64,000 nucleotides of DNA from Vitrella brassicaformis CCMP3155 (Eukaryota; Protista; Chromerida), in assembly GCA_001179505.1 (NCBI GenBank), contig CDMY01000243.1, forward strand, positions 496,001 to 560,000, read 5' to 3'. Below are positions 11,701 through 26,504 of this stretch, piece after piece. The notes under the pieces were generated by a model. That model was not told where the DNA came from, ran no database searches, and worked only from the letters and a program-made list of their open reading frames with translations. Position 1 is the first letter of the stretch; every line of letters starts with the position of its first letter. A program made the translations under genes and the position numbers.

Positions 11701-14700
11701 GCGGACGACCCATGTGAAGATGGTCATGCGGATGGAGCCGATAAGCAGCTTGCAGCGTTCGTTGAGGTCCTCTGTCTCTTCGGCCTTCTCGATACCCTGT
11801 CGTCTCACAAGGACACACAGACACACACAGAGACAGAGAGAGAGAGACACGCACATACGTATGTGCAGTGAGTTGAGTCCTGTCTCTGTGTTGCCTGCCG
11901 GCGGACCTTGTACATGAAGGTGACGAAGGAGTCGAGTGAGTATTGGTACATGGGTGCGATGACCCACATCTGGATGATGAGGAAGTAGAGCATCGAGGCC
12001 TCGGCAGCCACGGGACGGTATGTCTCACGCGACTCGTTGATCTTAATCTCCGTTATCTGCGCCTCCTTCACCTGCTCCTGGATCTCTGTGGCCGTCTTCT
12101 TGGTGTTCTCCAGACCCTCGATGAGCGCTATGTTGGTCAGGATGGTGGCTGGGTCGGCGGCTGAAAGCTGGGCAAGCAGGTCGTCCTCCAGCTGCGCTAG
12201 GGTGACCTTGAACTCGTTCTGCTTCCGCACCAACTCCTGCTTGGACTGCTCCAACTCGGGCTTCTCCACGTTGACCACCATCGCAAGAATCTACATACGC
12301 CCCAGTCGGCCAGCCAAGAGACGAAAGAGACTCCTTCCCTTCCAATTTTCCATGTGTCCTCTCTGCCCCGTGTGTGCCCTGCACCTGCTCCTCCAGTCCC
12401 TCAGGCGTGACGCAGAAGTTGATGAGCGTGCACTGTGCGGCGATCTCAGGTCTGTAGTGTGGGTTGGCTAGCTTGGTCTGCAGGAGAAGCTGGAACTTGG
12501 CATCGTAGTCGACCTCCTCGCCTCCCAGCTTGATAATGAGACCCGAGCGGCCCCTCTTGACCACGGCACGGCTCAGCAGGGGGTCCAGAATGGCGTCGAT
12601 CTCCTGCTGCACCGCCTCAATCAGCAGCGTGCCGCCCATCTGGATGCACAGCACAACCTTCTGGAACCATCGATCCTGATGGATGAGGAGACACACGCAG
12701 ACAGCGGGTCCAGAGAATGGCGGGGAGGGATATGCTTGGTAATACATACATGTGTGAGCTGGATGGTGGTGAGGTTGTCGCCGAATCGTTGCTTCAGCCA
12801 CTTGACGCCCTGCAGCTGAGGATCGATGATCAGCGGCCACCTACACGGACCAACCGATCCCCATGCGTCACATGCTGCCTTCGTCTCCCGGGTGTCCGTG
12901 CCTGTACGCACCTGGAGCATGATGTGAGCACGGCGGCATTCTCGATGGAAAGTCTGTCAGCGGGTAGTCCCTCGTTCTTCCACTTGGCTATGTTGGCATC
13001 CGTCGTCAGCACAGTGAGGGGATCCACGCCCTTGGTGAAGGGAATCTGCTTCTGCTCAATGTCGGGCAACCAAGTGTTCTGATGCGCATCCAATCACGGC
13101 CATGCACAGGAATGAAACAGCCGCATTTCTATCGACCCCATTTCGAAGACTGACCTGCCACAGGTCGACTCTGAATCCGCTCGAGAATGCGCCGATGTAT
13201 GAGACGAATGCCGCAGCGAGGAGGGAATCGCCGATGAGAGTCACGTTTGCCTCTTTGAGCTGCTCCACACTGGCGCTCCATCGGGTGTTCTCATCGGCAA
13301 GGCCGTTGACCAGACGCTCAGCCAGCTGAAGCATCTCAAGGCACGCATTCGCCTGTCAGCCACACATGCACACACAACAATACGGCGCATACACGCACCA
13401 TGTCGTCTGCAGCTAAGGTTCTGGCTGACTCACCTACTCACCTCTGCCTCGACTTTTTCCTTCTCATCCGTGGCTTCCTGCATCTTAGCGTTGAGCTGGG
13501 CCACTCTTTCCTGCACCTCCTTGACACGCGCCTGCACGACGGCGAGTGCCTCCTCGGCCTGGCGCTTGTTCTCGGAGGCCTCGGAGAGTGAGTCCATGAG
13601 TGGCTTGACCTTCTTGTAGATGCGGTTGTAGGTGACAATGTTGACGACCCAGTTGGCAAGATTGGCGGCGGCAAAGGACTTCTTGAACATGGTCTCGTAG
13701 TTGAAGAAGGGCTGGTCTATGACCGGCTGCACCAACGCCACCGTCTCGTCGGTCATGTTCTCGGCGTCGAAGGCCTTGACCTGGTCCAGGAACTGCCCTG
13801 GGTTGTTCATCATCTTCTGCGCAGCCTTCCAGTCCAGATTCTTCTTCTCGCCACGCATAAGCAGCACCGCCTTGGTGACGTCGATACACTCTACCGGCGG
13901 CTTGCCCAGTGCCTTGAGCTCCTGGATGGCGGACTTGGTGAGGCAGTCGACGGCCTCTTTTGCCCTCTCCATGGCCGGCATGGCCTCCTTGAGCTCCTCG
14001 TCGGCCGCCGCCTGGATCTTGGCCGCTTCGGCAGCCAACGCGTTGGTCTTTGCCTCCTCCTCAGCAGCCATCTTCTGCTCTTCCTCAGCAACAGCAGTGG
14101 CTTTTGTCACCTGACACATGCGAGACACGTGGGCGTCTCTCCTGTGTGTGTGCAGGTTGGCCATGCCTCCTCACCTGTGCGATGAGCTGGTCAGCGGCTC
14201 CCTTTTTCTCCTCGACTTTGATCATCTTGCCCTTGAGGTCTTCCTGCAGCCCCTCCACCTTTGTCTTGGTGTCCTGCAGTGTGTACAGCCCCTTCTCCAG
14301 CCGCTCGATGGACTGCTCCACCTGCGCACGCTTCTCGCTCAGCAGCTTCTTGTAGAACTCAATCAGCTCCAGGAAGGACTTGGGCGTCGTGTAGTTGTAA
14401 CGCCGCTCTTGCTCAAGGAACTGCTGGTTGGCCTGGTTGATCGACAGATGCACCTCGGACATGTTCTGTGCTATGGTGTCCCTGAGCTCCTCCTGCGGCA
14501 GGGGCACGTCCCTGAGGAAGATGGACGCCACGTCGATGAGGGCGTTGCGTGGCCAGGGGTGGAACTGGTCCATGGCGGTGCTAGAGATGAGGGCCGGGAA
14601 CTTGCGCGCTCGCACACGGAAGGTGTCGCCGACCGGTGAGTGGCAGAGGATGACGTGCAGGTTCCGACGCACACGGTCGATGAAGAAGCTAAAGAGGGCA

Positions 14701-17700
14701 TCGCGCTGGTCCGGCACACCCGCAGCCTTGGCAGCATTCCTGATGGATCCGAGGAGTCCATCATACTCTTCTCTGGTGAACAGGTCGGGAATGTTGCCCG
14801 ACGAGAGGAAGTCGTTCAGGTAGATGAGGAATCGCTCGTCGGTGATTTGTCCGTCGGTCAGCAGGAAAGAGTGTGGGCTGCCGGGCCGCACCGCCGCCTT
14901 CTTGTACATCTCCTGCAGGTCCAACTTGAGGGCGTTCATATCGTACTGCTGGTTCACCAGGATCGTAATGACGTCATAGCCAGAGATGAATGACGCCAAC
15001 CGCGACAGAGACTGCTTGCCGGAGCCGCCCACACCCACAAGCAGTGCGTTGCCGGCGGGCTGGTCGATGATGCGGCAGATGCGACAGACGTGCTCCATCG
15101 CGTCGTCGAAGAGGACCAGATTCATCTCGGCGAAGGTCTCGTTGTATTCTTTGAGCTTGTCCTCGAGCACCGTCTTGAGCTGCGGCATCTCCTTGATGGG
15201 GAGATACACCTGACAGACACACCGTGGGCGGGCGTCATCTATTTAAGCACCTATGTTTCTCCCGACTTACCCTGTCGTGTCCGCCATGAGCCGACACGAA
15301 GGATGTGAATATGTTTGGCGCCTCGAAGAGCTCATCGGCCTTCTCCTCCGCCATGTGCTTCTTGTTTACCCTGTCACATATGTCGTCCAGCGCCTCCATG
15401 TCACTCTCAGACACCAACCTACACACGCGATACAAAGAGGAGCGGCAAAGAGATGCCCACATGTATGTGGATCCTCGGCTGTGTCTGGTTTCATCCATAC
15501 CTGTCTTTGAAGACCCTGTTCACTTCGTGCAACCACAGCCTGCAGAACTTGAGGCTGCCCTGTGCGCCAGCCTTGTACATGGCGGGGTTGGAGTTGACCA
15601 CGCCCTGGAATATAGACGAGATGTGCTTCAGGTTGAACTGGTAGTGGAACTTCTTGGTCGTCGGCAAAAAGGCAGGCGTGTTCAATATGCTGTTGAAAAG
15701 GTCGATCGTACCAGCCACAAGCTTCTCCTGAGCACACGAATCAACGGATGGATGCGTCCGTCTCACACTCGTTCTTCGTTTGTCCTCACTTGGAGGTTCT
15801 GCACGGGTTTGTCAAACGGTGCGAGGTGCTTGCCGAGGATGGAATTGAAGATGCCCTGGATGGTCTCTGCTGTGGCCTGGAAGCACGTCAGGACGGTGAA
15901 CTGTCTCTGCAGCTGTGGGTTGATGTTGAATGAGCCGGCCTTGGGATTCATGCATGCCACGTACTGCAGGTCGATAATCTCCTTCCTCTCCTCAAGGTGG
16001 TCGCGGTCGAAGCAGCTCTGGTAGTCTACCAGCTGCCGCAGCAACGCCAGTGGCGCCTGGGTGTCGTACTTGTCCACCTTGGGCATATTGAAGTCGTCGA
16101 TGAAGAAGATCATACGCTTGTTGCCCGCCGGGCCGTACGTGCGCCCAGTCCTGAAGACGCACCGCACACACACGATACACCAAATGAACACTCGTGGCGG
16201 ACTTACCTCTTTTCCAGGAAGCTCTCGATGATGCGTTGCAGGGTGAGCGAGTCAGTGTACGAGTTGAGGTTGATGGTACCGCTGGCCGTCTCCTCAGCCA
16301 GCCCTGCCAGGTAGTCCTTAACTATTGTCGTCTTGGCCGTACCGACCGAGCCAACAAAGAGGACGCCCTTCTTCCGCACCACGTGAAGCTCCAACACATG
16401 CTGAAACCTGCACACAGAACGCGCCCGAGCAAGGAGACAGTCACGTGCTTTACTGTCGTCAGTCATCAACTGCTGGCCAGTGTGTATACCTGACAAGGTC
16501 TACATTCGACACGACTATGTTGCTGAACATGAGGTCAGCGATTGGCTCGTATGGCTTGACGTAGTCGTTCCAGTGCACCCAACAGCCCTGGGCCGTCTCG
16601 TATTTGTAGTCGAAACACGAGCCGCCTTCGGGGAACTTGACCTTGGCCACGCTCCGCATCCAGCCGTTGAAGTTGTTCCTGCAGAAAGACAGGAAAGGAA
16701 GGAACGGGGATATACCCTTCTGATCAGCATCGATCAAGAATGTCCACCTGAAGTTGACGATCTTATCGTCGGCGACGCAGCCGCCGATGGTCCACATGAG
16801 TGCGAATATGAAGTATGCCTCGTAGTGGACCTTCTGGTCATCCCCCGACGCCGTCTTGAGCGCCTCCATGTTCCCCTTGGTGTTGTTGTAGAGCTGCGCG
16901 TCGATCAGGCAGCAGATGGACTGCACGAATGCCATGTCCCACATCGGGCACACAAAGTTGAAGTTCCGGCGCAAATACTCAACATACTGAGCACACAAAG
17001 ATACGTACAGCAAAGGCAGCAAGTGTCTCAGGTCCGTGTCTGTCGCACTCTCTTGGTTTCTCACCTGCTCGAAATAAGACGAGAAGAGGAGATAGAACTG
17101 TGACTGGGCCACTTGGTCTGGGAGGGTGTCGCGCCATGACTCGACATATGGCTTCCAGCCGACGTCCGTCTCGTTGATGAAGAGCACACCTCCTCTCGAC
17201 ACGGTGGCAGGACTCGCGTGCTTCATGTTCTCAATCTCGAAGAGCATGCGCATCGAGGCCGTGAAGGGGATACGCTCGTTGGAGACGAGCGTCAACACCT
17301 ACGGAGCCGAATCACTCATCTCGTCTGTCTGTTGTGCATGTATCATTCACTGTGCAGCTTACATACCTTGTTGTCGTCCATGACGGTGTTCATGGATTCG
17401 ATCCACTCGGCATCGATGTCGCCGTCGAGAATGATCCACTTGTGCACGATGCTGGCCTTGTATGGCGGCAGCTCCTTGGACATGTTGCGCATGATGACGG
17501 CTATGGCTCCGTCCTTCCACTCCTTGGTCTTGGTCATGTACCCGTAGAGCTCGTCCGACTTGATGGCCTTGGGGTTCAGCGGCTCAGTCGCCGAGTCCTC
17601 ACCCGAAGCCTTGAGCGACTTGGCCAGGGTCTTCCACACACAGGACTTTGAGCTGCCGGGCGGGCCCAACACGAAGCAGCAATGACGCACCTACGCACGC

Positions 17701-20700
17701 AGAAAGAGAAAGGCGAAATGCAGGGAAAGGACCGTCCCTCTCGCCGGCCGACCTCGACTGACCTCGAGGATTTCCTTGAGCTGTACGCATTTGAGGACGA
17801 ACGCATCCTCTGGCTGCAGCTTCTGGTCCTTGGTGATTTTGCTGACGATCTTCTCGAACTCGACGTCCCTCTTGGAACCGATGCTCACGCCAGGGAACAA
17901 GTCCTCAATCAAACGCAAGAAGATCGGCTTGTCTGAACGACAAGGAGGGAGACACACCACACGGACATCGGTATGTATTGCCTGCCACTTGGGACTCACT
18001 GACCTTCTGTGGTGATCTTGGGCACGTTGAAGTCTCTGAGGGCTCTCATCAAGATGGGATCCTCTGCGACATCCGGGTCGGCCCGCTTGAGCCCACCCGC
18101 CTGTCGCAGCACGGCCTTGACGGCCCGCAGACCCCAGTCGTAGTGCATCGCCTTGGACAGCAGCTCCTTGGACAGCCCGTACAGGGTCACGAACTTGTGA
18201 GCCAGCGACCGGGCGGTGAGGAAACCCTCAGACATGAGCATGTTCTCGCAGATGAACGTCACATCCGGCACCACCATCGCACACGACCTGTCGTCACATC
18301 ACATCACACGCAACGAAGGCAGATCAGTGAGGCAAGCCGTTGTCTGTCTCCCAGACCTGAAGAGAGCCTTCAGGTTCTCGGGCAGCTCGGTTCTTCCTGC
18401 GTATCCAGGGTTCATGGTGATGAAGAAGCCAGTTGTGGGGACCAAGCCAATGTCGTCATCCATGAACTGAAAGCGCTCCTTGCCCTCCTTTATAGCATCC
18501 AATATCGACTTGACCTGACAGACAGACAGACAGACAGACATCCTCTCTCTGGTGTGCTTGTTGGCCAACCATGCTTGCCTGCAGTTGTGTGACTCTCACT
18601 CACCTGTGTGGAGACGACAGAGAGCACTTCAATCGAGATGCGGTTGAACTCGTCGAAGCATCCCCATGCACCCGACTGCGCCAGGCCCATGAAGATTTGC
18701 GCCATGGTGAGGTAGTTCATCTGGTCGGAGCAGTTGAAGACGAACACCGCCAACCCGATGGCGCGCGACAGATCCTTGGTGGTCTCGGTCTTGCCCGTTC
18801 CGGCAGGGCCGGCGGGAGCGCCACCCATGACCAAGTTGAGGGCTTGTGTGAGGGTGATGTAGCAGCGGTCGGTCAGGGGCGTGATGACCAGACGGCCACA
18901 GTTGCCCACGTACTCGTACATGTAGGTGGTCGTCCAGTCACAAATCTTGATGACACACGTACGCTTCTCCTCACCACCTTTCTGCCAGGCAGTAAGCAAG
19001 TGAGAGACACATAGACAGACAGTGATGTGAGGAGGACGGGCGGTGACCTCAGTCTTTGCTTGTGGACACCTGCTGCCAGTAGAACCTGAGCTGGGACTGC
19101 CATGCAAAGGAGGAGCCCTCAGTGAGCCTGGTCTGCACGAACTTCTCAATCACATCGCGAGCATGCACATCAATGGTGATCAGCGTGATGATCTTCACCT
19201 GCACACAAACAGAATACGCAAAAATGGCATGCCATTCGCTCTGTAGACTGATCGGTAATTTTCTCACGCGCAGTCCCTTTGCGAGGTTGGTCTGGACTCT
19301 TCGAATGAGCTTCTCAATTCTGTCATCACACACACGCTTGTAGTCCTACATTCACCGGGAAAGCACACAGACACACACACGCACATGTGGCAGCACACGA
19401 ATTGGACGCTGAGTTTGCTGTATCGACCTTCATGGCGTTTTCCGAGCCCCCCTCGAGTTCTTCGAAGGCCCTTTGTGTCTCCTCTGTCCACAGCAGCTGA
19501 CTGGCAACCAGGGCGATCTGCGCGCAGTAGTCCTCGAGCCAAACCTCCCTGCACACAGAGACACGACCACCAGCCATGGCGTCGTTGCCGTAAAGGTCAG
19601 TGCAGATGCCTACATACCTAGGTTTGTCGACCTCCCAATTCTCTGCAGCGTTCTTGGCAATCTCGAGGTGGTCACGCAGAGTCCTCCGCATGTGGGCCTC
19701 AAGATTGGACAGATACTGCATTGAAAGATGAATCCAACAGCGAGCAAACAGTTCATGCACAATAGATTTCAGCTTCTTCAGTGTCCCCACTGACAGTCTC
19801 GACGGCTCCCTCGGCCACAAACGGTTCAAGGAACGGCACGTATTCCTTCTCCTTCGAATAGAGCCCCTTGGATATCTTGCCCTTGGGGTCCTTGTCGAGC
19901 TCGAAGTCAAGGGTCGAGATGCCGTCGAAACAATCGCCGAGGAACTCCGCAACCTGAGCACACATGGGTAGGCCATTGCTTGGTGCTGCCTGTCAGGCGT
20001 GTGTACTCGCGTGTGCGTACTTTGATGGGGTTGTTTCCATTGGAGAGGATTTCCAGCAGTGCCTGGTTGGACACGAAGTAGAACCGCGGGAAGGCCTTCT
20101 TCTTCTGCTCCAAGTAATCTGTGCGCGTAACCCGGACATAGCGTGCACATACGAAAAAGATGCCAAGAAGTGACTGACCGTTGAGAGACTTCTCGCAGAG
20201 CTCGATGTTCTCGTGCAGTTTCTTGAGGAGGTCTTCCCGCCCCTCAGCGCAGCACGCCTGCACGACGTTGGGGCTCTGCGAGGCCTCGTTCATCATCTCC
20301 TTCCACTCGTTGTCCAGCTGCTCAAAGCGCTTCGAGTCCTCAGGCAGCTGAGAACGGATATCCTCAGACTGCATGAAGATGGGCTCCAAACGCTGCGCAG
20401 ACAGACACACATATACGGACAGAGAGGGTGTGGGGAGAGGATGGATTTATGTGCTGATATGAGCGTGTGTGGCTTGCCTTCCAGTTCTTCTGGACTTTCA
20501 TCCAAACGGTGAGGACATTGTCAACTGTCCTCAGGTTGGCCTGCCATTCATCGACGACCGGTCGGCAGAACTCGACGAACTTCCCCTGGGAGACCATGCC
20601 CATGAGGTCCATTGAGTGCTGGTCCAGCACTTCTATGATGTCGTCCAGGGGCTCCAACAATCGCACATCCTCGCGGGTCTGCTCAAAGCCGAGCTCCAGC

Positions 20701-23700
20701 TTGGTCCATGCCGACTTGATCTCACCCAACTTCTTCTCTATCTTCGCCTGCACACGGCAGAGATGCGCGGATTAGCGGCCTTCTGCTGTCATTTCTTCAC
20801 TTGCGTCTCACCTCCTTTTGAGCCTGGTCGACAATTTCCGAGACGTCGTCGGCGTGTTCGTGGAGCTTGAGTTTAAGGAGGTCGTCGAGGCAGAAGTCGG
20901 GCCCCTTGCTGAACGTCTTGCCCGTGACGGTCATAAGCTGCTTCCAGTGTCGCTCGCGCATGAACTCCGAGTGCAGGTCGTTGATCAGAGGCAACACGAT
21001 CGACATGTTCTTGACGTCCTCCACCAGCCACTAAGCACACAGGCAGCTGGTCATCATAAACCACCCGACGTGTTTTAGTCACGCGATTGATACCTGGTAT
21101 ATTCTCCATCCCTTCAGCTCTTTGGGCAGGTACTTGATCTGGCTGGACAGGTCTTTGACGCGCGTCAGAAGGTCGTCGGTGTCAATCTTGTCCCACAACG
21201 TGGACTTCCAGTCGTCAAAGGTGTACTTGACGATCGCAATCGCGTCCCACAGCTCCTGATATGTATACATGCGGCAACAGCAAATGAATGCAGCACACCG
21301 ACCGACAAGCAGCCTCATGACTTTAACCTTGAGCAGGCCGAGGTCGTTGCATGTCTCCTTGAGCTGCCTGTAGCCCGATCGCGCCATATCAAACAGTGTC
21401 TCCAGGTTGTTGAAGTCCTTAGCGCGCTTCTCCATGCCGATCGTCTTGTTGTAGAACTCGTCGATGGACGAGTATCTGACAGACAAGGCAGCAGAAGCAT
21501 GTCAGCACTGTCGCCTGAGGGTCTCCCTTGGCCTACGCGTCGTCGAAGGCCAGCTCAGGGTTGAAGGGTGCCTGCTTCTCAAACTCAGAACGGAACTCCT
21601 AAGAATTACATGCAGCCATGTCCTACTGATAGAATATCGGGTCGATTGCAGCTGCATCCTTACCTCGACTTCAGTGCCGAAGGCCTCCAGTGTCTTCCTG
21701 ATGTTCCACATCTCCATGGTCTGTAGTGGCAGGATGGCCTCCTTGACCTCAAACGCCCTCCTGATCAACTCCTCCCACTTGGACGGCGCGCTCTCCAGCT
21801 GCGCCAGACGGTCGTCAGGCACAGGCGAACCGTGCTTCTTCAACAACACTGTCTGTTGCGGGACACACGAATGAGGCAAATCGACTGATTCCTACATGAG
21901 TGCCATTTTTGCGTGCATCACCTGGTCCCTGAGGGGCCCGAAGAGCGCCTTGACAGCTTCGATGGCAATCTTGACATCGCGGATGTGGGTCATGACGGAG
22001 TACAGCAGCTCCTTGTCCTCTTGTGCGTCGTTGGGGTCGCGGGCCGACAGACCCGCGCTGGCCTTGTTGATGAAGCCCGTCAAGGCGTCGATCCGTTCGA
22101 TGCAGAAGCCTTGCAGGAAGGCCACGTACTTGCCAGCCCACCGGCCGGCTAGCTGGCTCAGCTGCACCTTGACGGGCTGTGCGTTGATACGCAGCCAGTG
22201 TAGGTCGACGGGCGTCTTCTCGTTGGAGATGCTCTGGCGCATTTGGACGAAGCTGGTGATCTTTTCGTCGAAAGCCGACAGGGGCGGCACCTTGGGGCCC
22301 AGGTCGATGCCGATCATGTCCATGACCTGCGTGAACGTCACGCCTGAGCCGCTCTCGTCAACCCAGGTCTCAACCAAATCCTTCGGATCTTCGCACAGGA
22401 ACAGCTGATGACAAAGAGACAACACACATACGCGGTGAGACATGCCCGTGTTCCATCCGTGCAGCCCAGCCCACCTCGAAAGCCTCGTCAATGTCCTCAG
22501 TCCAGAGGAAAGAGTACTGCAGGAATCTCTGTCGATACTCGGCACACTTGAGCTCGGTGTCGTCCAGCAGACGGGAGAGGTTGGACAGCAGCAGCTGAAG
22601 ATTGAAGTGCTCCTTCATCTCGTTGAGATAATCCCCACTGCCGCTGTCGAGACGGGCCATCAATGTGCCGATGGCGAAGAAATCACGCACCCACGACGAC
22701 ACAATATCACGCATGCCGTTGCCCCTGAACAACGAACGGGTGGATGCCAATAGATAAATCCACGTATAGAATCGATCTCTCTAGAAAAGAGCGCACCTCT
22801 CCGTGTGGTCGAATGGCGGCTCGAAGACGATTTTGTTGTCCGTCAGCTCAATCTTGACATCAAACAGGGGCTGCATCTCACTCTTGGCAATCACGGCTGA
22901 CTCACAGAATTCAGTCACACACGATGATCGCCTGCTTCGTCACGCAAGAGTATTTCGCTGTCCTACCAGGATCGAGAATGTCACAGAGGTACTGCATGGA
23001 CACGGATATGGCCGACACGAACCCCTCGATGACAATGTTGTTGACGAAGTCGACATATGCCTTCCATTGGGGGGCCCCCTTCTTGACCTGCAGTGCGTCG
23101 GCCGAGTCCCTGACCAGCTTGAGCAGCTCCTTGCCCTCCTCCATCACCTGGTGGTGCCGCACGCCAACCGCCGCCTTGTGCACCTGCTCGAAGTCCTCAG
23201 GCGACATGGGCTTGGGCTTCCGCTCCAGCAGGGGCTTCTCGCACCAATTCGCCAGGATGCCTGACACCTTCTTGAGATTGTTCTTGAGCGTGTCGACGAC
23301 GGCCGAGACGTCGTTGACAACGCCCGTGGCCTGGCCGAGGAAGTCGTCGATGTTGGTGGACTTCCACTTCAGGTCGGTCAGGCCTGGCGACAGAGTCGTG
23401 TCCATCTTGACGATGCGATCCTCGAGCAACGGCTCCTCCACCGGCAGCAACTCGGTCAAGATCTGCATCGGAACACATTGATGCAGAAAGAGAGGGAGAC
23501 ATGCTATGCGAATGGTTGCTTACCCCGTTGTATTTCTTGATGACGAGATCCAGTGATCCGGTCTGCTTGCGGTAGACACCGGCCTTACCAAAGATCTCGG
23601 CAGCCGCCTCAGGTACGGGCAGGCCCAGCAGCAAGAAATAGCGGACCTCACGCAGGAGACGAGTCAGAGCCGGGTCGAAATTGACCTGAAAAGACAGGAG

Positions 23701-26504
23701 ATCGTACCAGTACGCTGGACTAACGTGTACGAGCCTTTCCGTGTGCTTGCTGCTGACCCTGAGGAGGCCAGTCTGTTCGAGTCGTCTGAGCAGTCTCTGT
23801 TTGAGTTTGTCCTTTGAGGACTCGACCACCTCGGCCTCCCAGCTGGCAATCTTCTCGGCCTGGTAGTCCTCCAGCATCTTGCGCAGGTTCTTATACAGCT
23901 TCTCAACCTCATCAAAATCCTCGGGCATCTCAGATACCTGCACACTCTGAAATACGCAATACACAGACACAGTGTGCTGACGCTACATCGGCCGGTCAAG
24001 CCTCATATGTCTCTTTTCTCCTTACTTTGCTGAACACGAGCAGCTTCTGCATTGGCTCTTCGAGTCTCTGCAGCAACGATTGTATCCAGTAGACGGCCCC
24101 AGCAACGGGGGGCAGGTTGGAGAAGATGGGTGCGTCGTCGGTGAACCGATCGACAGTGGCCTTCTGCTCGTTGAATATGGCCTGCACTTCCCGCAGCTCC
24201 GACTTGAACTGCTGCAGAAGCAGCGAGTGTTTCTTCTCGAGCTCGTCCTGAATGATGGGCCTCTCCAGCAGACCCTCAAACGACTCGAACAGCTTCAGCC
24301 GACCCTGGATGGTGTCCGCGTCCTCGAAGCCAGTCGTCAGCACAGAGCCCAGACGACGCTCCAACTCCTTGGTTGTGCACCTTTACGGAATGCACACAGA
24401 CAGAAGTGGCTGTGCCTGCATGTCTCGGTGGGTGAGTCAGTGCACGTACCTACCGGAATTGGTAGTAGTGGTGCTCGAATTGCTTCATGGAGACGTCCAT
24501 CATGTCGTAGTCCATCTGCTGAAACACCTCCACACCCTTCTTCAATTCCTCACTGATATTCGCCACGCTCGTCGTCAGCGCCTTGCCCTTGGTGCCCCCA
24601 ATCTCTATCTTGTCCAATTTGCTGAACTGCACAACGGTCCTGGTGAAGTCCAATATATCACGGACGCGCTCTCTGAATGCGTCCAGTCTAACGAACAGGG
24701 CGTTGGTCTGGATGCGCCATCCGTGGCCGTCGTGCTCTGCCTTGTCCTTATACGTGAAGTAACACTCACGAAACGCATTGCACACCTGAATGAATGACAA
24801 ACAGACGGAGAGGCAAATGGGAGACGTATCGTATTCTGAGACCTCCGGTCGTCACGTGTACCTGCAATGTCTTATCGAGCTTGTCAACGGCGTCGTTTGC
24901 CTCCTCATTCTGTATCATGGAAAAGACTTGTGGGCCGTTGATGAAGCGGCACGCCTGGGCAATGATTGTGTTGCACAGCTCCCGCACGAGCACCACCAGA
25001 CGAGCGGCCGTGTTGTAGAACTTGGAGTGCTTCCATGTGAGGAGTAGGAGGTGCATGATGGGCTCGAACAGCTTGGGCAGCTCCGTGAACTCTGCCGTGT
25101 CTTCCATGAGGTTCTGTATCCACGGCTCCAGCGTGTTGAGGAACTTGACATTGTCGTTGGCCTCCTCGCGTGCATCTTCAACCTCCTTGTGCAGCTTGGC
25201 AAACGGATTTGTGTACGTGCTCTTGCTCTGCTCCAGAAACTTCAACACCTGCAAAACACACACAGATCATGCCAATCTTGCCCATTCTTATCTCGCATCT
25301 TCACGTGTGGGTGCAGTGCATCCGACTGACCTTTTTGAGCCCCTCTGTCTCGAGCTGCTGGTGGATGGAGTTGAGGTTGGCAGCCTTGGCCCGCCAGAAG
25401 CGGATCTCGACAATCGGTTCAGGGTTGAGGCCCTGCTTGAGTGGCGTCTCAGGGTCCTGCTTCAGCACATATCGGATCTGCTTGGTCCACATGACTACGG
25501 CGCCCTCCAAAATGTGCACACGATCCTTGTGCAGCTTGTCAGCTGCCTCGGCCGCCTTCTCGGCAACAGCCTGCGCCTCCTTCTCTGACCAAATCGAATG
25601 TGTCGGCAGGGCAGACAGACAGACAGACAGACCCCTTTCATCTTTTCCCCCTAGCATGGCATGGCAGCGAGGCATGTCAGTGTGAGTGATTACCCACCCA
25701 CCCACCTGTTGGCGGCAGCGGGAGGAGTGTTTTGCCCTTGATGAGGCCCGTAGTGACATAGAGATTAGCGAGGAACACATGAAACTTGTCCAGCAGATCC
25801 TTGGAGACCAAATCTGACCAGCCTCGCTGAACACACCGACAAACAAACAAACAGACACGCGCCCATCCACGAAGCAAAACGCCGCGCGCGTCAGAAGATA
25901 CACTCACTCACTCATTCACTGACCTGGTTGAGAGGGTTTGACAGCGCGGTGAGGTATGCCGAATGACAGATATTGTTGAGGATGTCCATCACATTGCGGG
26001 CCACCTCAGTGCATATGACGCTGCTGTTCATGTTGTCCTGCACAACACGCACACATGCCTTCACTGATGCTCCCGCTTTGTGTGTCATCCATCCATCCGT
26101 TTTCAATGATTGCCTTTGTGAGGTTGACTTCTTTCTCGCTCCGCGACATGACCAGGATTTTCTTCTTGATGGATGCGAGGGGCGGAAGCTCCCGGCATGT
26201 CGCCGTCACCGCCTCGCCTGATGCAGGCATAAAACTGATGTATGCAGCCTCGGGGTCATTCAGGAAGCTGTTCAGTGCGCGACTGAACAAGTGTACCGAC
26301 ACCGACAGATGGACAGAGAGATCAATGAATGAACAGCGGCCGTTGTGCGCTTTGTGTGGCTTACGAGTTGGCTTCGTCGGCTTCGAATCCCTTTTTGAAT
26401 TTGTCCCAGTTTGCTTTCTTGAATCCGAACGCGGCCTGCACTCGCCTCAAGACCCAGTCCACCCGCAGATCAGCCTCCTTCTTCTTGTCGCCGTCGTCAC
26501 CCAT
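8746..26504 (-). CDS. ODA4: Axonemal outer-arm dynein heavy chain, beta type (DNAH9/11/17, Chlamydomonas ODA4-like); about 55 exons
   Basis: Start [17 protein letters not shown] at 26504. Tail [39 protein letters not shown]-loops AAA1 GPAGTGKT (18810-18787), AAA2 [11 protein letters not shown]3 GSVGTAKT and AAA4 GVGGSGKQ. Stalk/MTBD present. C-terminus [18 protein letters not shown]...[16 protein letters not shown] (TGA ending 8746). About 54 introns traced in frame; no N-terminal kelch region seen. Confidence 0.97.

Noticed and set aside
10939-24797. Long plus-strand ORFs (e.g. 10939-11871, 16480-17103, 22924-23481)
   Set aside because: They are antisense shadows of GC-rich dynein exons with no independent protein features.
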